Below are positions 47,624 to 54,665 of a stretch of 54,665 nucleotides of DNA, piece by piece. The stretch is from a virus. Lineage: Duplodnaviria; Caudoviricetes. Numbering within the stretch: the first letter of the stretch is position 1; each line of letters starts with the position of its first letter. The position numbers and the translations under genes are program-made. A model generated the notes under the pieces. The model saw nothing but the letters and a program-made list of their open reading frames with translations, did not search any database and was not told the DNA's origin. The stretch is taken from the IMG/VR virus record IMGVR_UViG_3300020045_008445, positions 1 through 54,665 of that record, one strand, 5' to 3'.

Positions 47624-47835
47624 GTGGCAGCCCGGGAAACGAACCCGGTTTACTAAGCGCCTAAAACCTAACCTAACAACACACAAAAAACATTTGCTTA
47701 GTAAATTCCAAACCCGCCGTATTTGCCCGTCTATCCGGGCTGTCTATCTCTTTTGTGAAACGGAAACAAACCAGTTAAGGAATGTTTAAAAAAAGAAATG
47801 TAAGAACGTATCTCCCGGCTATATGGCTGCCCGGG
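47624..47835 (-). ncRNA. Candidate structured RNA ending in a T-arm/acceptor-like element
   Basis: CCGGG-TTCGTTT-CCCGG-GCTGCCA, 10-bp stem 47649-47658/47696-47705, further GC hairpins. Confidence 0.4.
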
Positions 47836-47888
47836 CGCAGCGGTTTGTCATAATCTTTTAGAGTTGGATTTAAGGTTATTATATCGTG

Positions 47889-48116
47889 TTACTTCAACTT
47901 TAGCTTTATAAAATCCAGCTTTTCCTGCTTAGTTTTTAACTCTGAAAATCCTTTAATACCCCGGCGGCTTGGGGTGGCCCTTTTTTTGACAACCCCATTT
48001 GCCGGCAGTAGCTTTGTGGCATTCCCCACAAACTGGCTAACCAACTCCCTCAAGTTGTTTACTTCTGCCTGTAGCGCCTTTAAATCGCTTTCGGCTATGC
48101 TTATCATCTTTGCCAT
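47889..48116 (-). CDS. Early hypothetical protein
   Basis: 75 aa. Confidence 0.55.
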   Translation of the reverse strand: MAKMISIAESDLKALQAEVNNLRELVSQFVGNATKLLPANGVVKKRATPSRRGIKGFSELKTKQEKLDFIKLKLK

Positions 48117-48129
48117 GATGCAGGATAAT

Positions 48130-48339
48130 TTATGTGTTGTAGAAAAGCATTGCTGCCCTGTCTTGTATGTGGTACTGTTGATGTTTGCCCTGCTCCTGCA
48201 TTCTCAGTGTTTGCAGGCGGTTAAAAAGCCTCATGAACTGCATTAGCTTTTTGCCTGTGTAAAGGTTAATGGCCTTTAAGTATTGGATGTAGGCAATGCG
48301 TTTGTTGATAGTGTCGAGTGTGGTTACTGGTGTTTTCAT
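48130..48339 (-). CDS. Early hypothetical protein
   Basis: 69 aa. Confidence 0.55.
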   Translation of the reverse strand: MKTPVTTLDTINKRIAYIQYLKAINLYTGKKLMQFMRLFNRLQTLRMQEQGKHQQYHIQDRAAMLFYNT

Positions 48340-48341
48340 TA

Positions 48342-48611
48342 TTATTGAGTTTTTAAATAGTCGTTTAAAACCTGGATAATGGCATCTTGCTTGGCGGCCG
48401 GGAAGCTTTCCATATGGAACCAGTTGATGCGGATTGTTGAAGGTGATACGCTTAGTTTTGGTGCTGCGTACTTGAAAAATGATGTGTGAACCTGAACATT
48501 TTTGAAAAGTTCTAAAATTAATTCAGGCTTAGTTTTTTCTTTAGCATCCCCAATAGCAGGTATTTTTACAGCTTTTGGCATTTGTTTAACGTTTAATATT
48601 TCTGCTTTCAT
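48342..48611 (-). CDS. Cro-like regulator
   Basis: Divergent from cI; AAPKLSVSPSTIRINWF HTH-like segment. Confidence 0.6.
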   Translation of the reverse strand: MKAEILNVKQMPKAVKIPAIGDAKEKTKPELILELFKNVQVHTSFFKYAAPKLSVSPSTIRINWFHMESFPAAKQDAIIQVLNDYLKTQ

Positions 48612-48644
48612 ATCTTTGCGCTGTTGTTGTTATTGTTTCTAACT

Positions 48645-48734
48645 GAGAACAAATATAGAGAACATTTTGAGAACAAAAAAACTTTTGCAGAACAATTTGA
48701 GAATTTATTTCTTATTTAAATTAATTATAAATAA
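48645..48734. promoter_or_regulatory. Immunity control region: -7 element for cro, five (G/C)AGAA(C/T) direct repeats, degenerate Fur-like box
   Basis: caaatata 48650-48657; repeats at 48645, 48658, 48669, 48688, 48699; ATTTA-N9-TAAAT at 48714-48732. Confidence 0.6.
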
Positions 48735-48747
48735 AAATTAGCTATTA

Positions 48748-49095
48748 ATGAATGCATTGCAAATAGCAGTAAATAAGCTTGGTATGCGTTTTCCCGGAAA
48801 ACAGCTAAGTCAAGATTTAAATATTTCCAAAGGCGTGGTATCGGAATACCTCAATGGCAAACGAGAATTAAGTGAGAATTTTAAAAGTAGTTTTCATAAC
48901 CATTATGGCATTGATTTAGATAAAATCGATGTTAATGACCTGACGGAAGATTTAAAAGATGATGAAGTTGCTGAATATATTTATCAAAACATTGACAGAC
49001 TAAAGAGTAATAAACGATTTAGAATGTGGTTTGACTACGAAATAGAAAAGGCCAAAAATGACCTTTTAATTAAGTTAGAAAGAAGTAGTAGATAA
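48748..49095 (+). CDS. CI-like HTH repressor (no peptidase domain)
   Basis: QLSQDLNISKGVVSEYLNGKRELS XRE HTH; divergent from cro. Confidence 0.8.
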   Translation: MNALQIAVNKLGMRFPGKQLSQDLNISKGVVSEYLNGKRELSENFKSSFHNHYGIDLDKIDVNDLTEDLKDDEVAEYIYQNIDRLKSNKRFRMWFDYEIEKAKNDLLIKLERSSR

Positions 49096-49355
49096 GATTT
49101 TTGTAGTGAGCTTTTTTAAGAGGAGTTTATTTTCTTCTTTCAATTTTTTAGTTCTGGTTAAAAACTTTTTTGGGTCATAACGTCTCATTAATAATTTGGG
49201 TATAAATATTGTTGGTTAACTGGTGGTTGGCTCTAACAATAAGAACTGTAAAGCTAATCACTAAAACGTTATCGCAATTTATTATTGTATATTAAACACT
49301 TAATTTATTATACGTCTAAATAGTTAAAGGAATGTTAATTTAAAAACCAACCAAT

Positions 49356-50330
49356 ATGAAACGAATATTAATCTTTTTTTTTCTCGGATGTAATATCTTG
49401 CTAAAAGCTCAATCTAATTACAGTGTATCCGCAAAATCGGAAGATAAACTTCAACAAAGACTAAAAATTGAAGCACAAAAGAGAGAATCTTTTGGAGATT
49501 GTATATATATAAATACTTATAATTTTAAAGAAGGCGATAGATTTATATTTGAAGATTTTAGTGATAAGTCTTATATATCAGATTTTTCAGAATTGGATTT
49601 TCACTTCTTCAAACTTACTGGAAAGAAAAATAATATTCCTAAACAATTGCTGGCTAAGGAGTATAGCAGTAGGATTGTACATATTGTCAATATTGAAGAG
49701 CCTAAAGATTCTTTTAAAGATCGTATTGTAACTTTTATGGTTGAAGGAACTAATGATTATATTTATTTAAAGACCTATTCAACTAAATTTATTAATGAAC
49801 ATGATAAAAATAATTATCATAGAGGGGAAACTTACACTTTTCCAGATTTAATATATTTAGCAGATATTGATGCATTCAAGACTAAATATTTAGGAGCTGA
49901 GTTTTATACAAAATTTAAGGCAGAAGGTAAGAAGTATTCAAAGGTTAAGGTGATTAATGTCGGTGCAGGTTCCGAAAATAGTCCAATAAAGGTTGTATAT
50001 GAAAATGAATCCGGGAAAGAAGGAGAAATTGAATTTTGCACATGTGGTAGTAATTTGACTTATGATAACATTGAATCAAATTATTTCGATAACCATTTCC
50101 TTCTTAAAAATCCTAAGGACCAATATAAGGGCTCTCAAAAGTTCTGGGATTTAATTCAAAAAAGTTTAATTGATATTGGAATGAGTGAAGATGATCTTTA
50201 TTTATCACTTGGCAAACCCGATGATATAAATGAAACCGCTACATCAGGATTAATAATTACTCAGTATGTATATCCTCATCTATTTGTATATATTTCAAAA
50301 GGAGTAATAACTTCATATCAAACTTACTGA
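49356..50330 (+). CDS. Secreted/periplasmic moron protein
   Basis: Signal peptide; AT-rich; C-terminal IGMSEDD...LGKPDDIN (SmpA/OmlA-like pattern). Confidence 0.7.
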   Translation: MKRILIFFFLGCNILLKAQSNYSVSAKSEDKLQQRLKIEAQKRESFGDCIYINTYNFKEGDRFIFEDFSDKSYISDFSELDFHFFKLTGKKNNIPKQLLAKEYSSRIVHIVNIEEPKDSFKDRIVTFMVEGTNDYIYLKTYSTKFINEHDKNNYHRGETYTFPDLIYLADIDAFKTKYLGAEFYTKFKAEGKKYSKVKVINVGAGSENSPIKVVYENESGKEGEIEFCTCGSNLTYDNIESNYFDNHFLLKNPKDQYKGSQKFWDLIQKSLIDIGMSEDDLYLSLGKPDDINETATSGLIITQYVYPHLFVYISKGVITSYQTY

Positions 50331-50362
50331 TACCCCACCCTACCACCCTTAAAAACCCAACC

Positions 50363-50539
50363 ATGAGAAAACTTATACTATTACTACTATTACCGCTGCT
50401 GTTTTCATGCACCAATTATTATTATGTGCAGCTTAATGAACCGGCTACTTTATATTCAGATGCCGCCGCAAGTAATGATGTAGAAATTATCCCATCCGGA
50501 TATCATGTAATGATAAAAGGTAAAAAGGCTAAACAATAA
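50363..50539 (+). CDS. Small lipoprotein (58 aa, possibly truncated)
   Basis: MRKLILLLLLPLLFSC lipobox; stop overlaps first att arm repeat. Confidence 0.6.
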   Translation: MRKLILLLLLPLLFSCTNYYYVQLNEPATLYSDAAASNDVEIIPSGYHVMIKGKKAKQ

Positions 50540-50731
50540 ACTTGTTATAAAACTTGTTACAAAACATATAAAATCAACTCCCTAACATATCTAAGGGGTT
50601 TTGATTATCAGTAGGTTACAAAACAGTAAAGCGGCCTTAGAGTTTCCCTCTTTTTCCGCAAGTTCTGAAACCCCTGTAAATACAGGGGTTTTCGGTTCTT
50701 TAAAAATTACTTGTTACAAACTTGTTACAAA
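50538..50731. other. attP: core resembling tRNA-Ser 3' end (50645-50660) with flanking ACTTGTTA(C/T)AA arm repeats
   Basis: TCCCTCTTTTTCCGCA followed by hairpin 50668-50691; tandem repeat pairs at 50538-50564 and 50709-50730; adjacent to integrase. Confidence 0.72.
50668..50692 (+). terminator. Terminator hairpin after att core
   Basis: aaacccctgta-aa-tacaggggtttt. Confidence 0.7.
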
Positions 50732-50769
50732 CTGGATAATCAACTCCCTCAGATTAAATCCAAGTTTGT

Positions 50770-51957
50770 ATGAAAATCTACTCAAAGCCCAAATTAGTCA
50801 AGTATGAAGGTTCGCAGGGCCTAAAAAAGACTTGGTATGTTTATTTCAGATATAAACAGCCGGATGGTACCTGGAAAATAATAAAACGCACAGCAGACAT
50901 CAATAGGCTCACTACTTATAAAGAGCGCCTTGAATATGGAATTATTTTAGAGAAGGCTGTTTTTCAAAAGTTGCAGGATGGTTGGAACCCTTTGGTTCCC
51001 GATATTGAGGAAGTTCAAGCCACAGGCCACACGCTTTATCAGGCCTTAGAATTTGCCCTTGATAAAAAGAAAGAACATCTTGTAAGCAAGACATACTCAA
51101 CCTATGCCGGTACGCTTAGATTTATAAGAACTGCTATTAGCGATAGTGGTTTGGGTAATCTACTTATACAAGATACTAAACGTGCCCATGTGCGTTTGAT
51201 ACTTGATAGTATTAGAAAATCTCGAAATGGCACGAATAATTCATATAACAGATGGCTGTCTCATTTTCAGGCCATAGCTTCTGAATTGATACAATGGGAT
51301 ATCATAGAAAATAACCCGTCACATAAAATAAAGCCGTTAGCGGTTGTAGAGAGTATCGCTAACACCGCCCCTGAGCCAGAAGACTATGATGAAATTGTTT
51401 CGTTTCTATCTGAACACCATTATTTTTTCTACATCTACATCATGATGATTAAGCATACAGGCATCAGGCCGGTTGAGCTTACACGTTTAAAGCTGTCTAT
51501 GTTCGACTTAAAAAAGAAAAGAGTGGTGTTACCTGCTGAGATAACTAAAAGCCGTAAGAAAGGCAGGATAGTTCCTTTAAATCCCTTTATATGGGAGTTG
51601 ATACAATCATACATCACAAGTGGCCTGCCTGGTGATTGGTATCTATTCGCAAGCGGTCGGATATCAGGTCGCGGCAATGAAGGTAAGTTCATGGACTTTA
51701 TACCTGGCCCTACTTTATTGAAAAGGGATACAGCAACTAAACGATGGAAACGTTTAATTATAGATGGCCTTGGTATAGGTAATTCAATGTATTCAATGAA
51801 GCGTTACGGCGGTGATGATATGTACCGCGCAGGAATATCTTTAGAAGCCATACAGCTGATGTATGGGCATAGTGAAAAACAAACTACTGAGATTTACGTA
51901 CGCGCAATGCAGGAAGCATATATGAAACAAATTGTAGAAAAAAGCCCCGGTAACTAA
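50770..51957 (+). CDS. int: Tyrosine recombinase / phage integrase
   Basis: TGIRPVEL, K, YSMKR (H-x-x-R variant), YGHS, TEIY. Confidence 0.93.
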   Translation: MKIYSKPKLVKYEGSQGLKKTWYVYFRYKQPDGTWKIIKRTADINRLTTYKERLEYGIILEKAVFQKLQDGWNPLVPDIEEVQATGHTLYQALEFALDKKKEHLVSKTYSTYAGTLRFIRTAISDSGLGNLLIQDTKRAHVRLILDSIRKSRNGTNNSYNRWLSHFQAIASELIQWDIIENNPSHKIKPLAVVESIANTAPEPEDYDEIVSFLSEHHYFFYIYIMMIKHTGIRPVELTRLKLSMFDLKKKRVVLPAEITKSRKKGRIVPLNPFIWELIQSYITSGLPGDWYLFASGRISGRGNEGKFMDFIPGPTLLKRDTATKRWKRLIIDGLGIGNSMYSMKRYGGDDMYRAGISLEAIQLMYGHSEKQTTEIYVRAMQEAYMKQIVEKSPGN

Positions 51958-51971
51958 CCAGGGCTTTTTTT
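51938..51971. terminator. Bidirectional terminator between int and lysis genes
   Basis: aaaaaagccccggt...accagggcttttttt. Confidence 0.75.
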
Positions 51972-52602
51972 ATTTCGCGAGTAACCCCGCTCCTATTCCT
52001 ACAGCTAACCATACGTACCACTTTTTATATATTGGGGCCGGTATGGTAATTTCAGCAGCCTTGATATCGGTTACTTTGATGTAAGGGTTTGTATTTGTAA
52101 TATCGGTAGTAAGGGTTTCTTTACCTAAAAACCATTTACGCTTAGTGCCTGTTATTACCGTGGCTGTATTGGGCACTTCAAAATTAGCCGCTGTAAAGCC
52201 GTTTTGATTTGAAAGATAAGTAAACCTATACCACTTATCCTTAACCTCCCCTGAGCGCTCAAATACGCACGGCACGGTGTCGTGGTAGGCAACCGCAATG
52301 GTATCAATATGCGTTACCGTTTTATACTTAGTTATAGCATGCACCCGGGCGAATTCCTTTGCGAGTGCTGTCAGTTCCGCATCTTTTTTAAGTAGCAGAT
52401 CCTTTGCCTGCTTTTTGTCGAGCTGCAGGGTGGCAATACTGGCCGTGGTCGTGCCTAAACGGTTTTTGTAATAATGCACGCTATCGGTTAATGCGTTGAT
52501 GGTAGCGACATCATTGTCATTACCATAGCTGCATCTGCCTACTGCAAAAAACAATGCCACCACCAGGGCGGCAATTGTTAGATATGGGATTATACTTTTC
52601 AT
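51970..52602 (-). CDS. Lysis accessory / spanin-like membrane protein
   Basis: N-terminal TM, coiled coil, beta region, C-terminal hydrophobic tail; downstream of endolysin. Confidence 0.55.
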   Translation of the reverse strand: MKSIIPYLTIAALVVALFFAVGRCSYGNDNDVATINALTDSVHYYKNRLGTTTASIATLQLDKKQAKDLLLKKDAELTALAKEFARVHAITKYKTVTHIDTIAVAYHDTVPCVFERSGEVKDKWYRFTYLSNQNGFTAANFEVPNTATVITGTKRKWFLGKETLTTDITNTNPYIKVTDIKAAEITIPAPIYKKWYVWLAVGIGAGLLAK

Positions 52603-52603
52603 T

Positions 52604-52771
52604 TTAATTCATTAATGGTAATTCGCCACGATTCGCCACGAACTCGTTAAATTGTTTTAGCGATATTTCAAACCCCTTCATACAACAAAAGTTATGCTTA
52701 ATGTTACCAACCTCTACTTGTTCAGGCTTCTTATCACATTTATTTTCCGGACAAACTTGTACTACTTTCAT
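52604..52771 (-). CDS. Small Cys-rich protein (55 aa)
   Basis: MKVVQVCPENKC...FCCMKG; fills gap in lysis module. Confidence 0.45.
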   Translation of the reverse strand: MKVVQVCPENKCDKKPEQVEVGNIKHNFCCMKGFEISLKQFNEFVANRGELPLMN

Positions 52772-52830
52772 AAATTTTTAATTATGGCGAATTCGCCGTT
52801 TTTAAAGGTGTCGAATTCGCCGGTTTTAAT

Positions 52831-53385
52831 TTAAGCCTCATTTTCGCTAACCGCGCCGGTAGCCGTTAAAAATATCCGTTTTACGCTGGCGGGCTTACCT
52901 ATGCTGTAATCAGGACGGCGGGCACCGCTTAACCTGTTCTTAGCTATGCGAACCACGCTAAACTGGTTACTTTGGTTGCCGCCTGCTACATGGTAATATA
53001 AATCATCTTCACCCACGTACAGCCCAACGTGCCCGCCGCCATCGCGTGTAAATACAAGTACATCGCCAAACTCCGGTACCGCGATAGCAGAACCAAACGT
53101 AAGGAACGATTTTGCACGTAAGCGGTCGTAACCTTTAAACGGTACCTTTTTGCCGGCACGCAAAGCAATAGCCACCATAGCGACCGCACACCAGGCAGTT
53201 TCATCACTTTTATAGATATCACTTACCCCGGCTTCTTTTGCAAGTGCCATAATTTCGGCGTTGCTTTTAGGGCCTTTAACCTCATTGGTATTAAGTCGGC
53301 CTATACTTACCGCCTCTTTAATCATTTTTGGTGCATCGGCTATATCGCCCAGCCAATCATATTGCGCGCTAATCTTTGCCATCAT
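52831..53385 (-). CDS. Endolysin, TIGR02594-family (NlpC/P60-CHAP-like) peptidase
   Basis: DETAWCA, GDVLVF.R.GGGHVGLY, GGNQSN. Confidence 0.88.
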   Translation of the reverse strand: MMAKISAQYDWLGDIADAPKMIKEAVSIGRLNTNEVKGPKSNAEIMALAKEAGVSDIYKSDETAWCAVAMVAIALRAGKKVPFKGYDRLRAKSFLTFGSAIAVPEFGDVLVFTRDGGGHVGLYVGEDDLYYHVAGGNQSNQFSVVRIAKNRLSGARRPDYSIGKPASVKRIFLTATGAVSENEA

Positions 53386-53677
53386 CTTTAGTATTAAATT
53401 TGTTTATAAAAAATAGGTATATCGTTTCAACGGCTTTAAGGCCACCATAGCCCAGCAGGAACCCGATACCGTAAAGCACATCATCGCCCAGGTCGAGCCA
53501 GCGGCCAACAACCGGCGTTAAATAGTTTGCAGCAAAGCCGCCACTAAGCACTGATATGAACTTCTGCCATTTGCTTAATTGGGTACTCTTAGTAAGTGAT
53601 GCAATGCCGCCTGCAAAGCCTGCAAAAAGCAGTATTACGTCTAATCCCAGGTATTTTAAAAAGTCAATCAGTTTCAT
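53369..53677 (-). CDS. Holin
   Basis: 102 aa, three TM segments, upstream of endolysin. Confidence 0.75.
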   Translation of the reverse strand: MKLIDFLKYLGLDVILLFAGFAGGIASLTKSTQLSKWQKFISVLSGGFAANYLTPVVGRWLDLGDDVLYGIGFLLGYGGLKAVETIYLFFINKFNTKDDGKD

Positions 53678-54665
53678 TACACTTCAGGATTATAAGTTAT
53701 CAGTATTTTATCTAAGGTCAAATCATCGGCAGCATTAGCCAATTGCCCTGTTACAAACAAATAATTGTCAACCGCAGGGTTAAAAGCATTCGAAACCATA
53801 CTGTTTGTTGATGCAGCAAGGCTATCGGTATAAGAACTGGCACCGGGGTTAAACATTCTTATTGTATTTCCCGCCCCTATATCGCCCCGCAAACGTTCAA
53901 AGCTGAAGTTTCTGGAAGTAGCCGCCGCCGAAAACATCGCAATTACAGAACCCGCACTGATATTGTTTGCGGTGTTACACCTGTAGCGTACGGTTTTTGT
54001 ACCGGCAACGCCTGAGGCAGAAACCGTAAACAGCGCCTGAAAAACAATTGAACCGGATGCAAATGTATTTGCCGGGATTAGCACCGCCGCCAGTATCTTT
54101 TCGGTTGTTCCGTCTGTAGATCCTGTAACCGTTGTAACTATGCGCGGCTTATTGTAGATTATCTTTTGTAGGCTTAATACTTTGCCATCAGTGTAGGCAT
54201 GCAGCGCCGCTGTATATGCAGGCGAAATACTGATTACCGGGGTTGTTGTTCCGGTAGCAACAGAAATTTCATTAGTAGTGCCACTTACAGAAGTTACACC
54301 GCCGCCGCCAGAAATAGTAATATCGCCTGTGCCGCGTATCTCCTGGCCGTTTATGGTTTTAAAAGACTGGTCATCTTTAAAATCGCTAATCTTAGTGCGT
54401 TGCTTTTCCTTTTGTACTTTGTTCGGGTTAGAACCGGGCGAACTGTAAACCTCGATTATTTTTTGAAACGTTGTAAAGTCTTTATAACTACCGGACCATA
54501 GCCCGGCTGTAGACGAGCCTTCACCGTTAAGATATATGATACCATCACGAGTAATGGTGTTGTCATTCGTAAATTGCTCTGTCAGTGGAATACTCTCTTC
54601 CAGTACTAAGGTTGCGCAGTCTATCCTTATTAGAAGCTTATTTGCAGCTGTAGTTCCTGTAGTGT
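53677..54665 (-). CDS. Tail fibre / receptor-binding protein, C-terminal part
   Basis: Frame is open from the window end (longer than the 135-aa ORF call); KTINGQEIRGTGDITISGGGG motif; in frame with 1..1528. Confidence 0.75.
   Translation of the reverse strand, partial: TTGTTAANKLLIRIDCATLVLEESIPLTEQFTNDNTITRDGIIYLNGEGSSTAGLWSGSYKDFTTFQKIIEVYSSPGSNPNKVQKEKQRTKISDFKDDQSFKTINGQEIRGTGDITISGGGGVTSVSGTTNEISVATGTTTPVISISPAYTAALHAYTDGKVLSLQKIIYNKPRIVTTVTGSTDGTTEKILAAVLIPANTFASGSIVFQALFTVSASGVAGTKTVRYRCNTANNISAGSVIAMFSAAATSRNFSFERLRGDIGAGNTIRMFNPGASSYTDSLAASTNSMVSNAFNPAVDNYLFVTGQLANAADDLTLDKILITYNPEV

Larger units (their letters stand above)
1..54665. mobile_element. Complete circular temperate Flavobacterium-type siphophage genome
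   Basis: All phage modules present, intact attP, in-frame end-to-end junction, no host flanks. Confidence 0.85.

Noticed and set aside
47615-47686. Extended N-terminus (MCVVRLGF...) of the HNH ORF
   Set aside because: Runs through the structured RNA element; ATG at 47614/47608 fits better
50601-50807. 68-aa ORF upstream of integrase
   Set aside because: Spans the att core, terminator and arm repeats; probably spurious

Overview
The window looks like the complete, circular ~54.7 kb genome of a temperate long-tailed (siphovirus-like) phage of a Flavobacterium-type host. Evidence for the host: Bacteroidetes TAnnTTTG promoters and a host-like nucleoid-associated protein. The two window ends join in frame inside one tail-fibre gene. 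An intact attP-like site (tRNA-Ser-like 3' end, terminator, arm repeats) sits just upstream of a tyrosine integrase. Almost all genes are on the minus strand, in this order: cro/early genes, Rad50-like ATPase-RecT-HNH-MBL recombination module, replication initiator with iterons plus DnaC-like loader, DNA-modification-like genes (Gp37/Gp68 radical SAM, SNF2-methyltransferase fusion, PAPS-reductase-like), about 20 small ORFs, tRNA-Phe, terminase, portal, head, tail, and lysis. The plus strand carries cI, the integrase and several small morons. The most interesting candidate is a set of Fur-box-like palindromes (ATTTA-N9-TAAAT). They lie at the divergent promoters of the head operon and tail-fibre gene, in front of a poly-His membrane moron, and more weakly in front of cI and a secreted moron, which suggests a host iron-sensing regulon wired into the phage. 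Other candidates are two tRNA-like acceptor/T-arm RNA elements flanking an HNH gene and a ~190-nt structured RNA upstream of tRNA-Phe. All product calls come from motif recognition by eye; no searches were run.
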